A DNA stretch of 64,000 bases, taken from contig CM102289.1 of assembly GCA_046563655.1 (NCBI GenBank), forward strand, positions 3,224,001 to 3,288,000, written 5' to 3'. The notes under the pieces were generated by a model. That model did not search any database and was not told the origin of the DNA. It saw only the letters and a program-made list of their open reading frames with translations. Position numbers and translations under genes: made by a program. Shown one piece after another: positions 13,292 to 25,937 of the stretch. Source of the DNA: Yuukianura sp. NJ FZ-2021. Taxonomy: Eukaryota. Within the stretch, counting starts at the first letter, position 1, and each line of letters begins with the position of its first letter.

Positions 13292-16200
13292 TACTGAGGT
13301 ACTTGAGTTACCGTCCACAAGCATCAGGGTACACCAGGCTGTGATGATTTTGAAATGTAAGACATGGAATTTCAAAGGAAATCAGAGCGGGAAGCGACAA
13401 AGGGAAGGCCGAGTTGAATTCCCTCCAGAACACGTTTCCCCTGAAACCTTTTGGAAGCGGATGCCCATGTCTGAACATTTATTTGAACAAACTGTTCACG
13501 TAGGCTCCTGATTCCTCTTTATCCAAATTATTAAAATTCCAACGGGTTTTGCGGTGGTGAAGTGGGCAAACCGCTGGAGAAAGTAAACTGAAGGAGAAAG
13601 TGCTCTCGTCCAAAAGACTCTGAAGGCCTAGAAATCCATGGACTAAAAGAGAAAGCACTTTTGGCTCAACCGCACAACTTCCCTTTGGAAATGATGAGGC
13701 TACGGAGATTAAATTTTACAAAGTTCTTGTGACTTAATTTAAATAAACTCCGCTGGGGCAACGAGAAACTAAAATATTCGCTGAAATGTGAGCTTAAACT
13801 CATATCTTCGTTTGTAAAACTGTCCATGCTCAAAAAGATAACGAAAATGCTGCCGATTCAACATTTGTCTTTTTTTCTTTTTATCTATTTCTTGCTTTTC
13901 TTCTTCCTTTTCTTTCTTTCCAATTTTTTTCTTCTTTATTTGTATTTCTTTTGTAAAGTTTTTGCATTATTTTTTCAAAAAAAAACTTTTACATTCTTTA
14001 AAGTCCAAGTCTGAAAGATTTCTGAAAGAAAAAGTACATTGAGGATTTACTTTGCGGTAGATCTCATATTTTAAATTTTGCAGTGATTTTTTTTTGAAAT
14101 CCAAAATTGAAAATCGAAATTTGCGAAACCGGACTAGGCGATTTTTTTTTGCTGAGTCTAAAATAATTATAAAGATAAGTTTCAAAAACTGGACAAGGAA
14201 TCCATAAATTGAAAATTCAATTAACTCGAAACTCTCTTGTTCAACTGATTCTGGAAAGAAACTAGAGAAATTCTACAGGAAATCAATGCGGGATTCAGAG
14301 CATGTTATTGATTTGATTGAATTCGAGAAGAAAGTGAGCAGTTTTTGCTCTAATCATTTTCGCATTATAATTTTCCGTTTTCCTTACAACTTTTATCCTC
14401 TCAATATTGAACGGGGCGGGTTCATTTGAAAAACTTTTGAAAAAAAGTTCCATTTCTCTGAAACTTTTAATGTTGGATACAATAGATTCTGCATTAGCGT
14501 GAGTTTGAAGTTGTGCTAAAGCGGATAGCGCATTACTCTAGCTTTTTTATTTTTCAAAAATCTGGGCTGAGCACATGAAAAAAATGGAAATTACATGAGG
14601 AAAAGCTCTGCCAGAGTTTTTTATAGTCAAAAATGTCCTTAACAAGCTAAAATTCAATAAAAATCCACTTACGAATAAAATTTTACTAACTGTCGTGTCC
14701 TCTTCTTTTCTGAAGTAGAAGGGAGGATCGACCTTTTCAAAATGCTTCTTCTAACTATGGTTCCAAAATATGTCTTCATTTTGCCATAAGTATGGCCTAA
14801 CCATAACCTAAACCCTAATCATAACCCAAAGTCAACGTAAGTAGGTAATACCTATCTTTGAGCTCAAAATTCCATAACCTCCTCATAGTACACGTGCTTC
14901 TCACAAGAAAGTTTTCTTAAGCAAACAGCTTCTCGAAAACCATTAGAGGGCGGGACTGAATTTGAAAATGGAGGGATTAAAGATTTCCATTTCCTTGAAC
15001 TTTTGCTTGCCATAAGGAAATGCCGTTTCACTTTCACCAAGCCTATCATCTTCTCGTCAACCTAACGCTAGTGTATCAGTTGCAAAAACTTGTCATTATA
15101 AATTATGTTTCACGTTGAGATTAAGTTACCAGTAAACAGTTAGGTTATGTTTCATAACCTATTATGTTTTGGAAAGCAATCTTTTTTGTTCATTATGAAC
15201 TATTTGACATTTGAGTCCAATGACAGGCGAGTTGACATCGGAGATAGACTTTCGCCAGTCACATGTATAATATTAAATTGCACTTTTGAGTAGTGACACC
15301 GAATGATGACCTGTAAGGGCTATAAGTTCTACGCGTGTGCTGTCAGTGGAGTTGGCGCAAACTTTTAAAATAATAATTAGGTTCAATTCGCGCTTTGCCC
15401 GTTCTTTCCCCGGGGAAAGCAACCACCTCCTGTCAATTATGAAATGGAAGCCTTTTAGTCCAAATGGAATAATTTAGCATGTCTACTTCTAAAGCCCAAT
15501 TGTCATTTTATTCAAAACTGCACTAGTGAGGCTACTTTCTCTTCTTCCTTATACACGTGTGTAATTATACACTAATTTTTCAAAAAAAAAACTGTTTTTT
15601 CTTTATTGTCCAGAACGAAGAAAGAAAACAAAACTTCAAATCAATTCAAAACACTTTTTTCAAGCACTTACATGAGTTTCAAAAGAATAAGACATACAAA
15701 ATAAATTTGTGAAAAATAAAAACACAAAAAATCAAGTGCGACCTCACTTTTTGTAAACTTCCAAAAATAATTTTCTTTTTGCGATGTAGAAATGTTTAAA
15801 TTAATAACATAACTACCAACAACAAAGAATAGTTTTTTGTTTACATGAAAGGAGTTTTACAGTTCCTACGTCATGTAAACCTGAAAACCACATCTAAGTA
15901 AGGCCACATGAGCCGTACACGGTAATTAAATAGGCGGAAGTAACTATGGAAACCTCTTGTAAAACGGGATCTCTTTATAATGGACTCCATTTCAAAATGA
16001 ATCGAAAGTGGGTCAGCCTTTGTACAACGTTATACAAGGTGCAATTCTAGCACAAATGTTGGATTTGTGCAAGTGCCAAAATCCATCTCTATACCTTTAG
16101 TAGGTAGGACCACACTAAAATACAGTTCATTTGGCGCAAAAGAACAAAGGGGGAGACAGGATTAATCGAAGGGAAAAGCTAATCGGACGGAACCCACCAA

Positions 16201-19200
16201 GTGGAGTGTGTCCCACCTCCACCCACCCGCCCCACCATTAAATTTCAACCAAAATCCAATTCATTTTGAACTGAAAACCATAGGCAAGGCGTTAGACAAC
16301 ACTCTGTGGTTCCAAAACTACTCAAAAAAGTGGCGGAGAGCGGTTTTCAAACTTTTCAACTTTGGAATAAAATGGTGAAGTTGTTGTAGAAATCACCTCA
16401 GCCTAAAGTAAAGTTTTCGTTCGCTCTAATAATCGTGTAATTTGAATACAAATGGAAGTGTTGGAAAGAGAAGAATAAGGGGGAATAATGGGGGCTTTTA
16501 TTATGTGCCAATTCACAGAAGTAAGTGAACTGTGCAGAGACGGGCATCTGAGAGAAAGCAGAGAAAGCCAAACGTAGGCACAAAGCCAAAAACATAGTCT
16601 TTCTACAATTGTACAAATTTCGAAAACGGAAAACCACAAAACACTAGTCGTGCCTAACGCTTTGAAAGTCTAAGAGAAAGGGAGAGAAAGCAAGCACAAC
16701 GAAAGTGGACGGGAAAAATTTAAAATTTAAAATTCAATTCTACTTTTCTCCAGAACTTACTATGGATTTTCAGTAATGAATAATATTGAATGATACTAAT
16801 AAGAAGTCAGAGTGGTACTATTTTCTTAAGAGAAATTAATTGCGCGCCGGAGTGTGGTGACCCAAATTTTGAAAATTTCCACCAAAAACTTTCGAGACTG
16901 GCGCTTGAATTCAATATTTTATTGCTTCCAAAAAGTTGTATTAGTTAATATATGGGCAATAATTCAAAATTTCCTTCTCCGCCCCGCTTCCCCGTTCTCT
17001 TTTGCTAGCTTTCAAGATTTCCAACTTTCACCAACTTTCTAATCCCCAAATTCAATTAGCCATTACACTACGCCAAAAAACTTTTCAATCCCTCCTTAAG
17101 TTTTTGTTCAATTTCCAAAATCACCTTGAGCAAAGGTCAATCAGTTCCTTGCATGACTAAAAACTTGGCAAAACGAACGTAGACACGTTAAGTTAATGTA
17201 AATGTTTTTGCCTACTTTAGGTCACCTTCAGAACTTTCTCAGCGCTAAACGGTTCACGTGATGAATCGAGTTTCTTACCATTCTAAAATACGCGTTCGTT
17301 TTCACAATATGTTAAAAAAATAAACTTTTTGACTACTTTTCTCACGATAAAAACTCAGCACCACTTTTTCCGAACATAAAAAATCTTTGCAAAATGCCTA
17401 TAGGTGAAGTGTGAGAGTTTCTGCGCGCAAGATTCCTTAGTTTACTACAATTGGTTATGGAACGTAATCAAAAAGAAAGTTTCATATCTCGAAGGGCATC
17501 TCACTCATCTCTTTTCTTGAAGTTTTCGCCACTTTCTCTCCAAGTAACGAGAAAAACCCAAGAACAAAAGTTTGTATCGATTATGAATTGGAGAAAGTGC
17601 AGAAAGGAGGCTCTAGAGACACCAAGTTTCTTATATTTCTGCAACATAGGAGCCAAATTTCCAACGACAATGTATTGTGAAGATATAGTGAAAGCAAGTC
17701 CTAAGACAAAGCTCACTGGAAATTTTTCGAGTTCCCTGTAAAAGGATTTAGAAATAAAAAAATACGCCTTTTTTAGTACAATGTCCGAGTTCATTTCTAA
17801 CGGATTTCAATTTTCCAGTTGAAAGTACACGGAAGAAGGCGCGGGAGAAATCAATTCGCTTGGACTGATTTCGTTCCATCTGCTTCTATCGCGCATTTTT
17901 TTTTTTAAAAAAGTTTTGTTGAAAGAGCCACTGAATCAATCACTGCGGTAACTCGAGCTTTTAATTCAGTTCAAAGAGTTTGAAAAGGTTGGCGTCGAGT
18001 CTAAAACTTTAATTGTGTCTTCAGCTTCACTCAAGCGATAATTAAGTGCAGCTGGAGAGATGCGGATGAGACCAAAAAGTGTTTTTGGCGCCAAAAGTGA
18101 AAGTATAGAAAAACGAAGACGAAAGTGGGTCTAATGACACAAAATCCCTCCTTGACATTTCCGCGCTTACTTTGAGAGCAGAGCCGTAATGAACTTAATG
18201 AACTTTTTAAAGAAGTTTAATTAAATTAAGGCAAGAAGGCGCCACTATGAAGCAGAGCTGTGCTTCTTTGCCTGCACACTTGTTGAAACCTGCTGCGACG
18301 TAGTCATCCACTAAAATGACAACGGTGACAGACTACTTAAGGAAAGCGACACACTTCAAAAACTTTTCAAGTGTCGGAAACCACGACTTTTAAAACAAAA
18401 TTCGTGTCACCCTAAGCGGTCCTAAGGTGAAGAAAACTGAAAAGTTCAGAATGGAGCTTTTTGAATATTTTCTAGCACCATTGTGCAGAAAATTGAATTG
18501 CAACTTTTCCTTGTCCAAGCATACCTTCCAAAATTGGAAAAAGTAACAACAGTTTGAACGATGTTCTGTGAAAGTTTAGAATATTTTAGTAAACAAAATT
18601 TTGAGGTCATCGACCTAACAGGTCAACAAACCACACCGAAAGTTTAATTTTTTAATTCGCCCTAATAAAAAAGTTGTGGTTTTTTAAAAGAAAAACCGGG
18701 GCATGCCGAAAGTGATTAGGTTTCGACTGACAGGTTCATGACTAACGTCTGCGGAGCACGAGATCATCAACGTATAGCTACGTAGGGAGACAGTTGAGAC
18801 ATTTTTGTAGTAGAGAAAGTTGGGCTAAATTAGAGTTTCCCTAATTACCACAAACAACTCAATTAATCATAGTCCATCTCTTCACTTTTCACGTTCCACG
18901 TTAGTTTTCACGTGCGTTCACTTTTCACGTCGACTCTCAAATTCAGAAAACAAGGCAAACATGCTATTGTTATAAATCAACCTCCGGAGTCTCAAATTAA
19001 CTAATTTAATTTTATGGCCTCCATGCAACCTGCAATGAATTAGATCCCAAAAGCCCCTAAAAACCAAATATTTGTCCACGGAGTATCCAATTTCATTTCA
19101 CTTATTCATACCTTTCCCTCGTGGCATTTTGAATTTACCGCCTGCTGTCCAGGAAGTACAAAAAAACTGTTTTTGTTCAACGTTTGGATTGAGTCGACGC

Positions 19201-22200
19201 GAACCAAATTTGGTTTCTTTTTTTCGTGAGCCATAAATTAAACTCGCTGAGCTTATCGCTTTCTTCTCATCATCAAAGTTCATATCGGATTCGGATAATA
19301 AAAAAAATTCACTGGAAACCGCAAGGAACCTATGCTGAGAAGTATGGCTCATAACTTTTATGAAATCAAGATAAAGCGCGCGTAATTTGGTGGTGTTCAA
19401 ATTTTCAGGCGCTAAAAATGAATTGTGATAGGAAAGAAAGGAAAAGCGTTAATGAAAAATTCCGCTCAAGATCCAGTAACGAAGTTTTTTTTCTTTTGTT
19501 GTGAAAAACAAAAGTTTGCAAAAACTTCGAGGCGTACCAACCAACGCCCTTCCTCTTCCCTCATCAAAGGATTTTGAGCTCAAAAATCTAAGCTGATAAT
19601 GCTGTTACTAGGAAACAGAAAAAGTAAAACTTTTGCAGAAAAAAGTCTAAATTTGGAGCAACTGTGTAGTGTAGAGGTCAGTTAAAAAAAAACTTGAAAA
19701 GTTTTTTCTTTCTTATAGTTTTTCGGTTAAAAACTTTTTTTCTTATTTAGGAGGAAAATTCCATTAGTTGAATTAAAGAATGGAACAAAAGAAATTGAAA
19801 AAGACTTAATCCTCTTATCCTTCCAGATTTTTTGAGAACAAAGAGCGAAGAAAGTATGCGGAGAAAGTGATATGAAGAGAACAAAAAAAAATTGAAAGGG
19901 GTTTAGAATATCTTCAAAATGCAGCGGGGCCATTAAATTTTTCCAAAAAAAACAAAATACAGTTTCAAAAAAGAATTGTTTGTAGATCTTAAAAAAGAAC
20001 ATCCATGTTCTCCGAAAGACATCGCCGTATATATCCCAAAAAAAAAACTCTTAACTTTGGAACGGTTTTTTTTGTTGCAAAAAAAAAATCACAAAAAGCA
20101 TGAATTTTTAACGAGATGAATTTGTAAATTTCAGAATCGATTTTGTGTTGCGTTGAATGGAAAAGTGGGTCATCTTGTTGTGCTGTTGCAACTTTTTTTT
20201 TGTTCTTTTGAGTCTTTCTGTTAGCAAATAAAAGAATAATAATAGCGAGAATTCGACTTTTTGTGAGAATTCTTAGTGAATTGATTAGAAAGCTAAAGTA
20301 TGGAAGGGTTTGCGTTACTCGAAGGAGGAAAAGTTTTCGCATAAAATTTTGGCAAATAATAATAATCAAAGTTTCTTATTTTTTGCATGCTCAACTACCG
20401 TATTCATGTTGTGAAAAGTTAAAAAGAAATAGGAGAAATATCTGAGAAAACGGAACTGGAAAAAATGAGTAAACTAAAAAGTGTGTTTGGAGGAAAACTA
20501 AGAAAGTCAATTCAAATCCCGTTCCAGCGCCAAGTGCTTTCCTTTGTCAAACTTTTTTCTCTCTGCTGTCAGATTCTAATCTTTTTCTTACATACTTTAT
20601 CAAATGCGGACTTTCACCTAAGTAAACTTCCAGAAAAATATTGCCCCTAAGTTGCAAAATTCTTTCATAATTTCTAAAAATTTGCACGAAGTTTTCAACC
20701 CCAAGAAGTCAAACAACTTAAACAGGAAGTAGCAACTTATTTTAAAAAATAAGCTTCAAAAGTTCAAGAAAACATGAGGACCTTATTTTATTTTATATTT
20801 TCAAAACGTTATGTTTTCAGGAACTACAGACAGCCAATTCTCAAATGTTTGAAAAGTAAAAGTCACGCTCTAGGAAAAGAGGAGCGACGACGTGTCACCG
20901 CGTCGGTTGTCAATGTCGCCTCCCATGTGGTTAAGAAATGGAAAAAGTTAAAAGCCAATTTGTGGCCTGTCCATTGTCCACTTTCCTCTGACAGAGTTCA
21001 GAACTTGCTTCCTTGCATTTTCAAATAGTTACTCCCTCTGACCCTCCCAAAAATCGAAAAAAGTCTATAAGGTTGTCATGAACTTTTTTTTGAAAACTGA
21101 AAGTGGACTCTGTCCAGAATGAAAATGGAATTGAGAGAAAAGTAGAATTGTGATTTGGAAAGAACGGAGGCGGAGGCTTTGAAGAGGAATAAGCTCTTGG
21201 GATTAGGCATTCGAATGTCAAAGGAATCGAAAACCTGTGTCACTTCTCACAGGATTCGAACCAACCTCTGTCTCCACTTTTCGAAAAGTCTCTCCGAGAC
21301 TTAGATTTGTGCACCGTCGAATTTGAAGGGACACACTTTTCCTCAGAAAAGCCGTTTTTTGTTCTTCCGCGTCAGCAGCAGCAGTAGCCGGATTTCTTTT
21401 CCAATACAACCACATCCTGTCAATAATTTATAAAGGAATACATTACACAAAGCACTTATCGCGTAATGTCAAAGGACAAATCTCCTTTCACCCTCACTGT
21501 CTCACTTTCTCTGATCTTTTTTTGGAAATGGCTTTTTTTTTCTATTTTTCTTTATATTTTGTAAAACTTTGCACCATGTTTGAGCCGTGTTGCTTCATTT
21601 CCTTTTCAAATGTAAGTACAACATAGAGCAGTGAAACAGTTGGCGTGTTTCGCGATGACCCCAAAAGCTTCTTTGCTTGTGCTATTAGGTCAAAACTTTT
21701 GTGGCAAAGCAATTAACATAAGGGAGATGATGACCTAGTTATTAAAAAGTTTTCCAGAACAAACTTTCATTTTAATTCGGAACCGAGTGGAGTCGAGTTC
21801 CTCCTTACGAACTTTCCTTCTACGAACAAAATTTTATTTAGTTTTCTGCGTTTTAGTCTGCTAAGAGGCAAACAGAATCCTAGGATGAAACAGAAAGCAC
21901 AAATGCGAAAACTAAGCTCGACAGGTTTCTACTAAAGTCTTTTATACTTTTTTTTCCAAAAAGTTTCATTTTCCCGCTTTTACTCGTTTTCACAACTTTT
22001 CCCTTTTTTGAAGAAAACTTTCACTTTTTCTGCCTGTCGGACCTAATAAATTCAGATGGTTGCACTCCAACCGTTTTCAAAGTTGTAAAAAATTCAGAAG
22101 CGAGAGAGGCTAAAGCCGAATTGATTAAAACTGGTCAAAGACGTGTACGTAATTGAAAAACATCCAATATTGATACGTCTCAATGAAGAAATGAGAAAAT

Positions 22201-22243
22201 AACCACAATCTTATAAAGTTAACCTAACCTAATACTATTACAA

Positions 22244-22256
22244 AGGTCATTGACCT
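22244..22256. promoter_or_regulatory. Perfect IR1 nuclear-receptor palindrome (EcRE-type)
   Basis: AGGTCA-T-TGACCT, the consensus EcR/USP palindrome; function not demonstrated. Confidence 0.45.
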
Positions 22257-22561
22257 CAAAACTGATTTCCAGACGGAATGTCATGAGCATCCGGCCGGCA
22301 GTTGATCCTTTGGATACAGAATCGGAAGTTCTAAAAAGTCGTCGTTTCGGGGAGGCTTTGACTTTTTTTTTGGTTCCGTATCCGCGTAAGATCTTTGTTG
22401 AAAGAATGTTTTTTTTTTCGGTCGGCAGTAAAAAATGTACAGAAAAAGGCGGGAAAATAGAAAAGTTTTTGTCCAATTTTTGTGTAGGATTTTTTGGTGA
22501 GGTCCGGGATGCAATGGAGCGTGGCTTCTACCCAAACACGGGTAAATCCTTATGGGTTGTA

Positions 22562-22785
22562 CAGTGTGGTCCAGCTAAAACAGTACACCCAGAAATCAGT
22601 AATTTGTTTAATTTAGAAACTATGGAGGGAGAACGAGTGAAATAAGGTGATTTACAAAGGTTCCATGCTAGCAATTTAGCTAAACTTTCAAATTTTGAAT
22701 TAACTTTCCCCTCATGTTTACACAAGTTTCATCTCGTCTCTATAGAAACAAAATATGGGTGTACTGTTTTAGCTGGACCTCACTG
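22562..22785. mobile_element. Tc1/mariner-type MITE (224 bp)
   Basis: 30-bp TIRs CAGTG(T/A)GGTCCAGCTAAAACAGTACACCCA with one mismatch, TA dinucleotide on both flanks. Confidence 0.88.
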
Positions 22786-25247
22786 TAGAAAGAAGACAAG
22801 ATGCATGGGCTCACTCCTTGACTCGACATCAGATTCCTTTCTATTACTGCTGGGCACACATTGATTTTTATTCACTTTCACTCTTTCCCGCTCTCTGTTT
22901 GCCACAAGGTAAACACATTTGAGAGCGGGAACAGTCCACTCAAAAGGCTCAACGCGAATTTGAGGAACGAAAGAGCGAGGGCTTGGGCAAGAACAAATTG
23001 CAAAAAAAGGAAAACGTACACCATGTGGATAATATTTCAAAGTTGAAATATTGACAAGCGAAGTCAGACAGAAGAGAAAAGCTTTCAAAAATTTTCTGCT
23101 AGTGTTCTAAATTGAAAAAAATTGGGTCCACTTTTTCAATAAGGAAACAACCAAAAGTGACCTCACCAATCTCCAAAAAAACTTTGACAGAAAAATTCAC
23201 AAAAAGTGAAAGCCTTGAGCTGAGTATAGATTTGCAAAACCGAAAGTGGGAAAACAGAAAAAACCCAGTGCAAATTTATCTCGTTTTTTTGAAATTTTAA
23301 AACAAAAGTTTGGAAAAAAAGTTTTAGACTGATTGGATGTTGAATTGAGACTGAAAAGTTGTAGAACACTTCCGTTTTTTTTCAGACAATGGATTACTTT
23401 CCAAGTCAGATTGAATAAACAGGTGAGGAGAAAAGCCGGACGGAATTCCTGTCTTGTCTGACGTGTCGGACGAAAAGTGCGAGAAGAAAAAGAATGTTTA
23501 ATTTTGTCTTTTGCTGGAGAAATTCTCTCTGCTCCCAACACACAACAGACGAAAAGTATTTCTTAAGAATTTTGTAAAATAAAGTTTACTTATTTACTTT
23601 TCCATTGTGTCTCGGTCCAACAAGAATTTTCCATTTTTGAAAAAAAGTTTACACAATTTTACTCTCTAAAACAAAAGTCCTAAAGCTACAACTTCTCCAA
23701 CTGTACAAGTAAGCACGGTTTCCCTGGATCGATCCACGGTTCTTCTAAATTTATTCAAAAAATTTCTCGGCGTTACAACCGTGTTGACTGGTTTATGAGC
23801 AAGGAATGATGTGAGGTAGTGAATACTTAACTACTAGTATACTAACTGCGTAGTGAAAGTCAAAAAGTTACTTATTTTCAAAATGAAATTCCGTTTGGGA
23901 ATTTCTACAAAGAATTTTTCCCAAAAATTTAAAAAAAAACTGTAAATTCGTTTAAAAGTTTGTTTCCAATGCATGGGACAAGAAAATTTAATTTTCAAGA
24001 CTGTCTGTTTTGCCGTATTGCATTTCCAAATCACGAGAATTTTTTTATTTTTTGAAAAAGTGTCTTCGCACCCCAAAAGTGCGGGAAAATGAAAGGACGA
24101 TTTTCACTTCTTTTCATTTCAGCTTACTATGGCTGCAAACTTTGAAATTAGTTCGAAGAACCGGAAAACTTGTGTTTCGAGGGGTAGGGAAACGCGGCAA
24201 AATCAAAAATCTTTTTCCTTTCAAATTTTCTCTTCTCAGCTTTTACCGAGGTGCGGCGGTTTCCTCTTGTTCTTCCACTCCTTTGCCCTTGATCAAGAAC
24301 CAAAGTTGTTCAAACAAACACTGCTTTCGTTCTAAAAACAAGGAATTAAATTTCCTGTTTGAAAAAGTTTGCCACCTTCCCTTCCTCATTTTCCCGCCAT
24401 TTTGGGAACATGTTAAAATCAAAACTTAATTAGAACAAAATTAAATTTTGTTCAACATTGAAAACACTTCAACTTTCTTTTTTGGGAAGACCCGGATTTT
24501 TTTTTTGTGAGAAAAATCCTAGCGACCATTACAGAATTCATAAAAATTGTTTTGGTTTTTTTTTTGAAAAAACGTTCACTTTTTTTAATCATTTTTCAAT
24601 ATACAAATAACATTAGTCTTGTAAACAGGAAAAAAAATTTCAAAGGAAGGTTGATGGAAAAGTGAAATGTGACATGCGACAAAAATGGGTTTGCAGGTTT
24701 TCAAAATTTGAGAAAACCATTGATCTTTTGTGAATGTGTGATTTTTAAAAATTGGTTTTAGCCCTCCAGGAAGCCCTCTTTCTTGGTATTTTTTTTTGAG
24801 AAATCCTTTGAAGCTGGAAAGTAGAAGTTTAGGATGGGATTGCGGTTGAATAGAATGGTTTGTTGGCCTGGGGCTCTGTGTGGAGCTGCATTGAAAGTCA
24901 ATAGAAGTAGTGTGTGGCAGTTGAAAAATTTCAGTGGTGGTTGACATGATGCTTCTTATCTCACTTCCCTTCGTTTACTTTCTCCCAACGACCTACGAAG
25001 TCACCATTTCATAAAAAACCAACCTCCGTTTCATAAAAACCCGCCAAAATCTGTTTACTCTTCCTCACCTTCACCTCTTTTTTCTTTCACGCCCGACTGA
25101 AGTGAAATATAAGCTTCTCGCTTCTACGCCGACATTAAGTGAAAAACTTACATGTCAAATTTTACCTCATGTCGACATAAGTCTCCCACTTGCAATCAGA
25201 TATGACAGGTCATTGAAATTGACAGAGTGAGGTCATGTGTCTCCGTT

Positions 25248-25546
25248 CCACACCCCCACCCCCTCCCAACTCATGATTAAAGTCCGACGAAACTGACACC
25301 TTAGCATTGAGCGGAAAAAGTGGGTGTTGGGGACGGGGCGTGTGACTTCCTTCTCCCCACCTCCAAATTATACCCTGCCCGGGGGTGGGTGGGTGGTTAA
25401 AGGGGCGGGAGAGTACCCAGTGTCCAACTTGTTGTAATTTTACCCGCCTTTTTGGTTACTAGTCGAATCGTTCCGGATCCGGATCCAAAGAGGTCTGTGA
25501 AAAAAAACGACCGAGTGTTAGCATTTGCGTGACCACTTTCTCAGTT
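25248..25546 (+). promoter_or_regulatory. G/C-tract-rich candidate promoter of the dpr-like gene
   Basis: Clustered C- and G-tracts (e.g. GGGGGTGGGTGGGTGGTTAAAGGGGCGGG 25381-25409) and an arthropod Inr-like TCAGTT at 25541-25546, ~400 bp before the first coding exon. Confidence 0.35.
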
Positions 25547-25937
25547 TGCCCCAAAAACACACACAAACCCAATCCGTCAATGTCCTTTTCACTTTTCACA
25601 TAATCCACACATTGACGAAGGAAAGTGAAGCAACCTCAAAAAAAAGTTTGAAAGATCGACACGTGAAATTCATTTAAAAAAAAAACTTTCACTTTTCATA
25701 TCTTAAAGGAGGAGAAGTGCTTACAAGCACGCTGTCTCTTTAAGTGTTCCTCATCATCATGCACTTTACTTAACTTTATCTAACACATTTTTCTGGTCGA
25801 TGTAACAAATGATGTGAAAGTTTGTGAATCACACGCAATAACTTAAGCACATGCGCTCCTTTTTTAAAAAATGCTGAAATTCGTTTTCGAAAAATTATAA
25901 AAAAAAAAATTATTTTTTGTTTGCAGAACTTTGTATA

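Noticed and set aside
12956..13511. Two short ORFs sharing LYFA.EISWR on opposite strands
   Set aside because: Similarity comes from the inverted repeats of the 13059-13291 MITE.
21252..21262. tRNA B-box-like GGTTCGAATCC on the minus strand
   Set aside because: No T-stem extension, acceptor stem or A-box at the right distance; not a tRNA.
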